A program made the position numbers and the translations under genes. This document shows, piece by piece, positions 17,490 through 32,100 of a stretch of 64,000 bases of DNA; position 1 is the first letter of the stretch, and each line of letters starts with the position of its first letter. The stretch lies in the NCBI RefSeq assembly GCF_009914755.1, contig NC_060947.1; one strand, 5' to 3'. Below the pieces are notes generated by a model. That model made no database searches. It was given only the letters and a program-made list of their open reading frames with translations, and was not told the origin of the DNA. This DNA is from the human T2T-CHM13v2.0 reference genome, Homo sapiens.

Positions 17490-18000
17490 AAGCTAACCCT
17501 TACATAGGGCATACTATGTGCCTAGGCATTATTCTGTGTGATTTACATATACTATCTCATTTCTCACAACTACCTTTTGAGACGAATACTATTATGATCT
17601 CCATTTTGGACAGGATGAAACTGAGGGACTGAGAGGTAATAGAAAGCGATCAAGGTCATAGAGCTAGAAGTGGCAGAGCTGGAGTTCAAACCCAAGCATG
17701 GCTCCAATACACCAAAGAGGAAAGCACTCGTCTAGGTGTCTGGTTTACATGTATAGATTATAAAGAAAATCACCCTATCTTTTCTGATTGTGATAATCCC
17801 AGCATTTATGGAGAGTCTGTTATATGCCAGGGATGCTAATAACACGCTTTAGTTGCATTATTTCATTTCTTCCTTACCACAAACCCGTGAGGTACTATTT
17901 TTATCCCCATTTTAAAGACCAAAAAAAAAAAGGTATAGAGGTTAAAACGATTCGCCCAAGGATTGAAATGCAGGCAGGGTGACTCCACTACAAGCTTCTC
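17490..18000 (-). mobile_element. Two MIR elements (~17490-17720 and ~17800-18000)
   Basis: ccattttggacaggatgaaactgagg...agaagtggcagagctggagttcaaaccca. Confidence 0.7.
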
Positions 18001-18239
18001 AGTCATTCCTGGCAATAAAACGAACGGAGGACCTCAAAGAGATGCCATGAGAGTACAATGAAATAATGGATGTGAAAAGGCCTCGGCGAACAAGTGCAAG
18101 GGATAAGGCCTGTCTACGTGAATCACTGTTGTGAACTGGTTACCCAGGGCCCCTGTCCAACGGTTTCCGTCCCAATCCTGCCCCTTCTCCGCCCAGCCCA
18201 CAGCGATATCTTTGAATCTCTTTCTCTATCTCCTCTGAT

Positions 18240-18870
18240 CCTGCCCCCAAACACTCGGCGGAGCGGCGGAGCGGAGAATAGAAGGTCCGCGCGCGAACAG
18301 GAGGCGGGGCCTGCCGCCTTCAGTCGTACAGGGGGTGGTTTCTGCACATGCGCTGTGGCTCTGCGGCTTCAGCTGCCCCCTCTCTGCGGCCAATCAGGGC
18401 CCGCGGCGCGCTCGGGACGTATCAACGCTCTGTGGGTCGTGTGCGTGCGAGGGGGGCGACGTAAGGGCGCTCCGCGAGCCCGTCTCTCCTCGAATGAAAG
18501 GAAACAACCTCCGGCGACAGAGCCCCGCTCTCAGGCACTGCTGGAGAACCGAGACCGACTTCTTTCTCTTTACCCTCATTGGCGCTTCTCTCCTGCAGTC
18601 CGCCTCTGGGCCCTGCCGGTGAGTCCCCACGGAACCCTGGGGCCCCCCATTCTCTCCCCGGCGGGAGAAGACAAGGAGGATGGCGGTGGCCAGGCCGCCG
18701 CCCCTGCCCGTTGTTAAAGGGGACTCTTGGTGGTCTCGCTTTATTGTCAGGGACCCCAGAAGCGCCGCTCATTGTAGGCGCTTGGCGGAGAGGCTGCTGA
18801 GAAAGTGCTTTGGAGGTGCAGAAGGAGAGGTTAGGCTTACGCCTAGACTTCGGGGGAGGGGGCGCAACAT
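18240..18870. promoter_or_regulatory. PHF6: PHF6 CpG-island promoter
   Basis: Only CpG-dense non-Alu block in the window; GC box GAGGCGGGGC 18301-18310, NRF1-like TGCACATGCGC 18343-18353, NF-Y box GGCCAATCAG (CCAAT 18390-18394); no obvious TATA. Confidence 0.9.
18460..18618 (+). other. PHF6: PHF6 exon 1 (5'UTR; start approximate)
   Basis: Consensus donor CCG|GTGAGT at 18618/18619 inside the CpG island; the TSS cannot be read from sequence. Confidence 0.8.
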
Positions 18871-21800
18871 TTGAGGAGGGAAAAAACTGGGAATTTTTAG
18901 TTTTTGCCATTGCTTAGAACATATTTGGGAAAGAGGGAGACTCCCAGTTTGGGAAGAGTAAGAGGAAGAATTGTTAGGATGGCAAGAGAGAGAGCCTTAC
19001 GGAATGAGGAAAAACTCCGGGGTGGGGGGAATTAGGGGTGAAACTGAGGTATAAGGGGAAGCTTACAACGAAGACTGTGAGAGGGCTAACTCTTGGGGGA
19101 GGGGGCATAAAGAAAGTGGTAGGATGATATTTTCCTAGATTCGGGAGGATTGGAAAAGGACGATTAGGGGACCCTGACTTTACGACGGAAAGGAACCTGC
19201 TGAAGTGTTTTAGGGGAAGATAGTTTTGTGACTTTAGCGCTTGATTAGAGGGAGATCTTGGGAGTCTAGTGTGTATTGGGGGAATAAATAACGGAGAGGA
19301 TCCGGTACTTTATGTGTACCGTCTTTCATTATATGGATGAACACCACGGTATTCTTTTCCAATTTCCATTCGTTTTGATATTCTGCGTGGAAGTTAAAAA
19401 ATCTTTTGTTTTTAGAAAATCTTTTATTTTCATCGCCTTACTACCTAATGTCAGGTCTTATTTATACTGTTCAAATTCTTTCTCTACCCTTGGGTTTGAA
19501 ACAACTGGAAAATTCCTTTAGTTTCCTTTTGAATAACCGCAAAAAGCAGTGCGAAGCATGTAATAATATCGTGCAACCAAATTCAGGTGCCCTTCCGGTA
19601 CATCTTATTCGTTTATTTCTGTCCACTGTAACTTTCCTGTTAGAAATACTGCTTCTTTGGGGAATCACGTTTGTTATCTGTTTTGATTTGTATATTTCAG
19701 CTTGCTTTCGCGTGGAATGTTTTAATCTTCCGGAACTGCAGTTTTTGTTGTTTTGTTTGTTTTTCTGTGAAAATGCTTTTTCAGATACCAGGCATTGATG
19801 AGCTCTGGAGTTGGTTCTTGAATGCTCTCTCTGATGTTTCAGGTTATTTCTACCTTGGTGCTTCGCAGCATCTTGGAAAATCAGAAATGCATTGATTGCT
19901 TCAGCTTAACTAATCTAGCTTTTATTTTTTTTCCAGGCATTTAAATTATGTATTTCACGCTGTTATTGTTGCCTCTTTATTTCTGCTTTGTAGTATTTTC
20001 CATAATGCGATGTTTCTTTTAAAGAAAAGCCTTCATTGTTGCGTGAAAGCATCAAACTTTGATCTCCGCATGGCCTGAAAAACCTTTTAGACTAAAATTA
20101 AAATGCCATATAGCTGTGGATCATTATGAACCCCTTAGTATTGGTCCTTGGAATGCCCTTATTCTGCTTAAGTAGAGACCACAAATGTGACAACATTAGA
20201 TAAAAATCTGTACTTTTATGATAAAGACATTTTTGCTAGGAGTCATTGTTTCCATGATGTTCTCCACTTCATGTTTTACAAGGAGACTAAAAAAATTACC
20301 AAGATATGCGCAGATGTATTATTTGAATTTTAGTGGAAAAATCCATTTAGTCATTGCACATTGGGGAAAGTTTTTAATTGGTTTGGTGCACTTTTTTTGT
20401 GGCTCTTCTTACTTTACAAATTAAATTTAAGCTGATTACAGAAAAAATACACTAGAATATTTTTTAATGCAAAATAAAGTGTACCTTTTTTCTCTTTTAG
20501 ATTTTTGGGGTCTTTGATATCTAGAAAAGCAGGTTCTCAAAATTAGGATGAGAAATTAGCCTGTTTATAAATTGGAAGAGGCAGAATTAAATATAGACAG
20601 AATTTTGGGGATGCCATTTCGGAATTAATTTTAAGAATACGAAGTGATTTTTTCCATTCTAGAAATTTTCTTTATCTTAAGCCAGCTTTATAGCCAGTGC
20701 TAGGATTGTATGGAAATTACACATTAAAGATGTCTGTACGGGATTTGATTTATACTGTGCCATCCTTTCAACTGGCCAGGATGACCGGGAGTAATGCTGA
20801 ATACATTATTATGGTGATTTCAGAGTGCGTACTATTCATTGCATAGTAGTAAAGAAACTAATTTAGAACTCAAAATATAATAGCAAATTCTGATGCTATT
20901 TATGAATTTTGGTATTTTGCATAGTTAATTCTAAAAATTTGGGCAGGTATACTCTTGATAAAGCAACCGAACACAGATACTTGCCTGAGCAAATGCAAAC
21001 ACACTTCCCTTTTGTTTCTTTTGTTTCTCTGTTATGTCCTTTTTTTTTCTTTAATCCTAAAAGTATTTGCTGCCTGTTTTCAATCAGTTTCACGGTTTAT
21101 AGCCAGTGCTATGAATACAGTACTATGGTAAAGTATCCGTTGTCATTTGGACGACTGAGATATTTAAAATTATAGATAGCATTAAGAGTTTGTTAAACCT
21201 ATCAAAGCAGAGACTGTCAGGGCCTTTGAAGTTGTGTTAAAAAGAAAATTCTAGACATAAATGGATGAGAAGACATGTTTTCTTTGTGGCTTCAGGTGAA
21301 ATTTTGATTAAGTATCTGAATTTTATATTGAAAAGCACTGAATAGTTTGTAGATATTACCTTCCTAGCATACAGCTGCTACTGTTCTTGTTGGTGAACGA
21401 ATGCTTCTCAGCTGCAATGTAGTGTTAGACAATTTTTTTTCAACATAGTATTATGAAACTGTTCAAATGTATAGACAAATTGAAACAATTTAGTAAATTA
21501 ATTTTAAGACAAAAGTTTGAGATTTTTCTTGATTGTGACGTGTGTTGTGGCAACCTGGATCTTGAACTGCTTAGTCCTGTTGATTTGGGAAAACTGTACA
21601 AATCAAGTAACTGGTTTTAAATTTCTTCTGAAGAATCCATATTAAGATTGATGATCTAAATCTGAAACCTTTCATGTTAGAGCTTTCCTTCCCTTTTTTT
21701 GACTACACTGTACTACCTATAATTAAAATGTGACCAAATTTAAGGCTCATTCAGAAAAAAATTTCTTCCTTTACACAATATTACTAATTTAAGTACGGAA

Positions 21801-22430
21801 GTTACTACATTTAGAAGACCACTATCAGTTTGTGACTTTAATTGATAAGCAGGCTTGGAGTAAATCTTAGTCATATAATATGGTTGTTTTATAAATAATT
21901 GGGTCTTAAAGTCTGCATTTTTAAATAGACTGTCAGAAGCCTAACTTTTTATTTACTTGAAAATGGAATAGAATAGCAAAAATTAATTTATTAAAGACAT
22001 ATTCCTGATTTTTTTAAACTCAGAAATAATTTTTAAAGTGCACCAAAGTCATAGTTAGGTAAATTCGTTTTACTTTTATTGTTTTATCAATATGTGAACT
22101 TTAAGAAATTGTTCAATTACAGAATTCTGTTCCCACGGAGTATTCTGAAGTTTCCTTAGTAGCTTTTACCGTGTTCTTAAGAGGTATAATTCTTTATCGC
22201 CTTGAAAGGGCACCTAGTTACACATGAAAATATTTTACATTAATTATGCCAGCAGGGGATAATTTAATATTATACATTGTACATTTCTCTCCACACAGAA
22301 CTAGTGTCAGTTATTTCACATATCCTCCAATTTGGAAGCAGTTTGATTTTTCTCAATTACTCTAAACTTCATTTAGCTGTCTGTTATCTATCTATCTGTA
22401 TTTATTACGGAGGCATCTTAGGTTTTAATG

Positions 22431-22975
<545 letters not shown>

Positions 22976-23155
22976 TGAATACTAAAAAAAAAAACAAAAA
23001 CCAAAAAAAACTCAGTTAAATTTTAAGAAATGGTTTATCACTAATGCTATGCCATTTTTACTAGAAAATTACCATTTAAATTTGACATCTTATTTACTGT
23101 TTTACTGTAATTAATTTATATATGAACCTTAATTTTTTTTAAATGTAATTTATAG

Positions 23156-23296
<141 letters not shown>

Positions 23297-23904
23297 TAAA
23301 CTCATTAAAGAGGAAATTGCTTATTTTAGAGTGTATTGCATTATTAACTGAGTATAATTTTAAATTGCAGGCTTTTCTTTTTTTTTTTCTCTGAGCCAGC
23401 AAAATCCAAGGCCGGGTTTATCTTATTTACCACTCAACAAAAAGGAATGAGTCAATATTTATACTATTCAATTTTTTTTGCTTTTCAAAGAGAATTAAAA
23501 TCTTTTTGGAGGCTGTTTACTTAGAAAACAAACAGTTTGGTTAATTTGAGTATATATTGTGTTAAAGTCTTCATTCAAGTTTATTTTTCATAATTCTGAT
23601 ATGTTTTCATCTCCATCATAAAGTTATGGTCATTACAAATGAACATGACAGTAGCCTCTCAAAAGGAAAATATTAGCACTTGCTGAACAAAGTATTTTAC
23701 TGTAGTTCAGCTGTATAACACAACATTTATGACTTTGGATAACTTTCAGTGAATTTCACAGGAGCTTTTCTGAAGCTGCGTTAGAGTAATGTTCCCGTAG
23801 TTGTCTTCACTACCAATAACCATATTAGTAAGATATTACATTGCTCTGTTGGAATAGTAATGTCATCTCAGTTGGTACTTATGACACATTATGGTTTACT
23901 TTGA

Positions 23905-24066
<162 letters not shown>

Positions 24067-24559
24067 TGAAACAATTAATGGGAAGATTTATTTTTATTTT
24101 TCTCATTTGAACACTTTATTAAAATTACATCCATAAATGCACCTTTAATAGCTTTGCTATCCAGTTTCATTTTTTAAAAGATGCGTTTTGCCAAACATAT
24201 AACTGTGTTTGTAGTTACTAAATAACCTCTTATTTCACAAAGACTCTGAGATGGTAGTTTTTGGATGAAATGGTAATAGGAAGAGGGGGGCTATCATTTT
24301 GATGATCAGGAATAATATGTTTTGAAAAGTAGTCTTCTATTAATCGTTTTACATAAAAAGCAATATGAAGAAATATGGGCTCAAAAATGACATTTGGGAT
24401 TTGCTTTAGGATAGTCTCAAATCCTAGTATCAGTATTAGTACAAATGAGAATTCAGAGGTCAAACCATTTCTGTTGTAGTGAGACCTTAACTGTGAAAAT
24501 GTTTATCTTCCCCATCCCCAAAACTGTAGATATTAATAGAAAGCTCTGGGGTTTTTTTT

Positions 24560-24881
<322 letters not shown>

Positions 24882-25277
24882 TAGAAAGCCCTGTTTTTCA
24901 AATGTGGATTTTATTTGGTGGTTTTAGGTTTCTTCACGTTACTGTGCTGATTTCTGAGAACCATAGCACTATGTTTTTATTTCCTAGTCCTTAAAATAAA
25001 TGCAGATATAAAAAAGAATGATACTTACTTGAAAGTGATTGTGCTGTAAACCTTATTACCCCTTTATTTATTGCTTGACATTATGACTATCCCTGGAAAA
25101 TATTTCTGTATCCTGACTTGTTAGCATTTTGTCACTTGACACAGCTTGTATAGTCAGAACAAAAGCAGTTTTGGTCCCTAATGTTGAAACATTATTAACA
25201 AATGCAATGCCTAGTGTTACACTACATGAAGCAACAGCATACATCTGTCAATATTGCGAAGTTCAGTGGAGATTTAA

Positions 25278-25574
<297 letters not shown>

Positions 25575-25739
25575 TGGACCTATTCGTTAAAGCATCAGAA
25601 CTTTGTATGAGTTTTACTATTATAAATTGTTTTGATTAATTTTTAGTGTTATAGTGTAGGGAGATAATTTTTTCCCCAAATGTAGTGTGTTACAAATAAC
25701 GAAATTTGTTCCTTGATCTAGGGAATGGAACAATACTGG

Positions 25740-25980
25740 GAATTGAGAACACAAGCTTTAGTGACAGACTTGAGTTTGAATCCCAGCTCTGTCATTTACT
25801 AGCTAGGTGATCCTGATTAAGTTATTTACTTCTCCAGGCCATGTTTTCCTCACCTGCAAAAGGGGTTAGATAATGACAGTACTTGCCTCCCAGAATTATT
25901 GCCAGAATTAAAAGAGGAAGTATATAGGATTTAAGGTGGTGCTGGGCACATGGTTAGGACTTGATAAATAGTAGCCACCA
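25740..25980 (+). mobile_element. MIR
   Basis: gagtttgaatcccagctctgtcatttactagct...aagttatttac. Confidence 0.75.
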
Positions 25981-25984
25981 CTTA

Positions 25985-26283
25985 TTGTTTTTGTTTGTTT
26001 TTGTTTTTGAGATGGAGTCTTGCTCTGTTGCCCAGGCTGGAGTGCAGTGGTGCGATCTCGGCTCACTGCAGCCTCCACTGGGTTCAAGCAATTCTCCTGC
26101 CTCAGCCTCCCGAGTAGCTGGGACTACAGGTGTGTGCCACCATGCCTGGCTAATTTTTAATTTTTTTTTTATTTTTAGTAGAGACAGGGTTTTGCCACAT
26201 TGGCCAGGCTGGTCTTGAATTCCTCACTTGAGACCGTCTGTCCGCCTCGGCCTCCCAAAGTGCGGGGATTCCAGGTGTGAGCA
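25985..26283 (-). mobile_element. Alu
   Basis: Antisense dimeric Alu. Confidence 0.93.
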
Positions 26284-26633
26284 CTGAGGAATAGTGGCAG
26301 AAGGGAAGAACTTTTGCTCCGTTTCCTTCCCTTAGAATGTCAGTTTAAACAATTTATATAGGGGATAGGAATGTAACATACGTTTAGGTTTGAAATAATT
26401 TTTGAAACTCCTTTTAGCCTTCAGTTTTGCTTCTTTCATTATATCATTTTTACATGATGTGCTATCAGGTAACCAAAATTCTAGATTTAAGTTTGATTCT
26501 CTACTATTCCCTGTGTCAATTTGTCTAAGCAATAAAAGGGCTATGAATCAAATAGGAGGGGGGAAAAAGAGTGAAGAGCTTAATGTAACTAGATAAACTG
26601 CATATAAACTAGGTAATCAGCTTCCCTAATTGA

Positions 26634-26929
<296 letters not shown>

Positions 26930-27705
26930 CCTAATTGACTTTTTAAGGCATTTTATCCCGTGAGCCTGTTTGCTTTGGCTCCTGTTCATCTGGATTTCTA
27001 GGTGAAAAGTAGGTCATGAACACTCATTCAAAATCATCGAAAACTGGAGTACTGAACCCTGAGTGCTTTCAAGACAAATTTCAATCTGTACCTGGTGTTG
27101 ACTCCAAAGTTGCTCGCTTGCCCCAAAGAAAAGAACAGAGAGATAAGGAGGCTAGGGCTTGAGGTTAAAGTGTACGTATCAACAGCCAGGTGGGTCAGAG
27201 TTGAGGATGAGAGGGCTCAGTAGAGCAGGAGGTGTGAGTGTTTGGTTTTTATGTTCTTGCTGCCACAGGCAATTTTCCAAGGTTCATGTCAGCCACAAGG
27301 ATCAAAGGAGGAAAGCCATTCTGCATGAACATTTTCATCTCCTTTACACGGTCTTTAATTATATAGCACCAAGATGGACCAGGAAAAATTTGCCAGAGTA
27401 CTAAGGCTTTTATGATTTGATGCCCTGTTTTTGCAGTTTAGACAGATATATATTTTTCCAGTATGATTTCCAGTTTCTACTGAAGCCATATGGAGATACC
27501 ACATCTGTACCATCTATTCTTACTTAACTCCAGTCATCTAGCCAAGAAATGCAAATTTCCAAGTAAAATTATGAGTTAGCACTGCTTTTTTGAATTTAAG
27601 GAGATACTTGAAAGAAGGATATTTGAAGAATTTACCGTTTCTGGATGAAGCTAGCTGGTGAGATTACTAAGGGTATCTACTATCTACATTGGATAGCTAT
27701 TCTTC

Positions 27706-27961
27706 TTTTTTTTTTTTTTTTTTTTTAAGATGGAGTTTCCCTCTTGTTGCCTAGGCTGGATTGCAGTGACATGATCTCGGCTCACTGCAACTCCGCCTCC
27801 CAGGTTCAAGCAATTCCCCTGCCTCAGCCTCCCCATTGGCTGCAATTATAGGCGCCCACCACCACGCCCAGCTAATTTTTTGTATTTTTAGTAGAGACAG
27901 GGTTTACCACGTTGGCCAGGCAGGTCTCAAACTCCTGACCTCAGGTGATCCGCCTGCCTCT
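27706..27961 (-). mobile_element. Alu, 5'-truncated
   Basis: TSD gatagctatt. Confidence 0.93.
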
Positions 27962-28113
27962 GCAGATAGCTATTATTCTAATTGGTACCGGTGTCAGATT
28001 ATATCACAGATTACAAGAAGAGAAAGAGTTCAGAAGGCCATTTAGTTCACCTGTCTTACCCCTATGCAAGATTTCCTACAAGCCACTCAAGATAAGATTT
28101 TTGGCCTAAGGAT

Positions 28114-28393
28114 TGGCTGACACGTGTAATCCTAGTGCTTTGGGAGGCCGACTGGGAGGATTGCTTGAGGCCAGGAGTTGAAGACCAGCCTGGACAACAA
28201 AGTGAGACCCCTATCTCTACAAAAAAATTTAAAAATTTTGAAATGTGGCATGTTCCTGTAGACCTAGCTACTCAAGAGGCTGAGGTGGGAGGATTGTGTA
28301 AGCTCAGGAGTTCGAGGCTGTGGTGAGCTATGATTGTGCCACTGTATCCATCTAGCCTGGGTGATAAAGTGAGGTCCTGTCTCAAAAAAAAAA
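28114..28393 (+). mobile_element. AluJ-like
   Basis: ggattgcttgaggccaggagtt...gaggctgtggtgagctatgatt. Confidence 0.9.
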
Positions 28394-28724
28394 ATTTTTT
28401 TTTGCCCTGTTTTTAAATATATCAAGAAATTGTAATTCTACCCAAGTAACCTGAAACAAGACCAGTAATATATAACACTCTTCAGAGTTGAGAAATTCAT
28501 CCTTCTGTATAAATTAAGTATTTCTCTTAATTTAAAGCCATTTTAGATCTGTCTCCTTCCATTAAATAAATATTTGAGTTTTTTTTTATTATTAAAAAAC
28601 CCTTCATATACTTGATGACTGTCCTCAGGTCACTCCTAAACGTTCCCTTTTTTCACACTAAATTTTACTCATGTCTTATGAAATCCTCTGAACAGTTTTC
28701 CTGCTTTTTCTAGTAGTAGAAATA

Positions 28725-28960
28725 GAAATAGCTAACATTTGTTAGACACTTAACATGTGCTAGGGACTATGCTAAGTTTTTTAATTATATGATCCTTTTT
28801 AATGCTGATAATCATGTTGTGAGATAGAGAAGTATTCTCATCTTACATGTGAGGAAATTGAGGCTCAGATGAGTTAAGTAACCTGACTGTAGCTAGTAAG
28901 TGGCAGAGCTGGGATTTGAATCCAGGGTCAGTTGACTCCCAAGCCAGAACTCCTAATCAC
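28725..28960 (-). mobile_element. MIR
   Basis: gaggaaattgaggctcaga...agtaagtggcagagctgggatttgaatccagg. Confidence 0.78.
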
Positions 28961-29639
28961 CAGGTTACGCTAGACTATCTTTTAAGCTACCCACTCCAAA
29001 ATCACTTTTAAAGAAACATAAGGATTACAGCTTAGCAGTTTTCTAATAAAGATGGAAATAGTACTGAATTTAGGACATAATCAGACTCCTATTAATATGT
29101 TCTGTTAAATAGTAATATCTTGTTAATTTTTAGGACAAAAACCCTATACACATCCTATGTAAGAATATTGTGATTATTACCCTCCAGATACTTTTTAGCC
29201 TCTGAAAATAAAAAGACCATTTCCACATAGTCTTCACTTTGTTATTTACTCAGTACCACTGGAGTACTTAGCATTTTAAAGAAACAGGGTGTCTTCTGTC
29301 TGGGAGGAGTCTTACCTATTGAGATAGTTCAGACTGCTTCCTAGAGCTGGTAAGGTTAAAAAAATGGAATGAGTCTAGGAAATATTAATAGGTTAGCCAT
29401 ACCAGAATAGGTCTTTGAGACCCATTCCAGTTGAGTAAGGTGGGATGATTGCAGGGTCTTCCAACATTAGAGAAGAATTTCAACTCAGATAGGAAGGGAT
29501 GGGGAAGGGTAAAAGCAGGATTTTTCAGGAGACAGGTGATATACAATAGTCACTGTGGAGAATGAAGTATAATAATGGCAGCATATTTGTCTACTCTACA
29601 TAGATGTCCTGCAGGCATCTTAAACTCAACCTGTCTTAA

Positions 29640-30091
<452 letters not shown>

Positions 30092-31554
30092 TGCCTTTTC
30101 TTTCTTAATGCTACCCTATGTCCAGTCTTGCTCCTCCCACCCTTCCAACATACTACTGGTAGTTACTTGATCTCTGCTTTTAAAAGCTAATGCCACTCCC
30201 TAACTGGAAACCTTTCATGATTTCTTACTGCATACAATATAATGTCCAGAGGCCTCAGCCTGCCATTCAGAAGTCTTGTCTTAACCCACTTTTTCCATCC
30301 TTATCTCATTCTCTCTCCTCTAGGTTTTCCAAGCATCCTGTCTCTGTCCCCGCTGCGGTGCCTGTACTGATGTTCACCTCTGCTTGCGGCTCTTTTTTCC
30401 TCCTAGCTGCCTCTCAAAAGTTCTGTCTGTTTTTGAGATCCAGCTCAAACTTCACACTTCATTTCTGTCATATAGCATAACACAATATGCGTTGTATTTG
30501 ATACACATGTGCAAGCCTTTTTTCTCCACTGTATTGTTGACTCTGGGAGAGTAAGACTGTATTCTCTTTGCCCAGCCTAGCATGATGTGGGGATAATGCA
30601 TAGAAAACTCTTAATATGGTGCTTGATGTCTTCTTTGTACTCAATAGTGTTCTAATAAATAAGTGGGTGCTCATTGTTGGTGGACTTTGAAGATGGAAAG
30701 GGCTTCAGCTGGATAATAGTGTGAAGCCTTAATAACAGGCTAGGTATAAATTGAACAGGGAAGTCATGGCGTAGCACAAAATTCCTCTCTTTTGGTTAAT
30801 TAGTATTTTAGTGTTGTTTACAACTTGAGCAGTTTGAAAAGGGAGGAGAGTAATTTAGAGGGAAAAATGAGGTTGGTTATTTTTTTTCCAGAGAGTAGAG
30901 AGCTGTGTATGCCTCAAACATGAGAGTTTTCATGTTTCTTCAGCCTTCACTCCCTCAGTATGGTTTTGTGTTTGTTGTTTCCTTAGGTATTATATTTGTC
31001 AAGGCCCCATATAGTATAGAGTTTAGAATTCAACTGTTTATCAAATACTTTAGTGCCCACTTTCTACCAGCACAATGCTAGGTACTTTGAATGTAAACAT
31101 GAATAAATATGGTTTAACCTTAGAAGTATTTAAAGAATGGCACAGGAGAGCTGGGAAAGAGGATCACAATTAATTATGAGAAGTCAGAAGGCTCCATAGA
31201 AAACGAGAGTTGAAATGTGTTCCACCAGGAGAGTGATGCTATGGAAGTCAAAGACAAACAATTTCAAGGAGGAAGAAGTGGTCAAAAAATATTAAATAAG
31301 TATTAAATGCCAGTGCTATTTATAGTAGATTGTGTGACTTACTTAGCGTTCAGTAGGGGCAAAATGGAATACCCACATTGTATAGAATGCTGCCACTTTG
31401 CTTTCTGCAATCACAGAAGCTGAAGATTCTGGATGACTATTGGTGCTACTAAATCGTTAGAGCAGAGGTACCTAACCAACTCTACTAAATCAGAAAAGGG
31501 GCAGGGGTGAGGGTTGGGTTGCAGGCACAATCTTTTGAAAAAGGTTCCCAGATG

Positions 31555-31858
<304 letters not shown>

Positions 31859-31909
31859 TCCCAGGTGATTTTTGATGAACAACCCTGGTTATGGACCATT
31901 GCCTTGTGT

Positions 31910-32100
31910 CAGGGGTTGGCAAACTTTCTGTAAAGGACCAGACAATATTTAAGGTTTTGTAAGCTATGTGGTCTCAGTTGAAATCACAGACAATACACAA
32001 AGAAATGAGCATGGCTGTGTTTTAATTAAACTTTTTATTTACAAAAAGTTTTTTTGTAAATAAAACAAAGTTTGTAAATCCCGTGGATTAGGCCCACAGG
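31910..32100 (+). mobile_element. MER58-like hAT-Charlie MITE
   Basis: caggggttggcaaactttctgtaaagg...atggctgtgtt...aaactt. Confidence 0.7.

Noticed and set aside
18094-18910. 207-aa and overlapping ORFs on both strands
   Set aside because: GC-rich CpG island is depleted of stops; no domain; they run across the exon 1 donor
19785-19842. Possible cassette 5'UTR exon (tttcAG ... CAG|GTTATT)
   Set aside because: Good acceptor but weak donor; no further support from sequence
19312-19895. Overlapping hydrophobic ORFs (up to 130 aa) in intron 1
   Set aside because: T-rich composition artefact, non-ATG starts, no homology recognised
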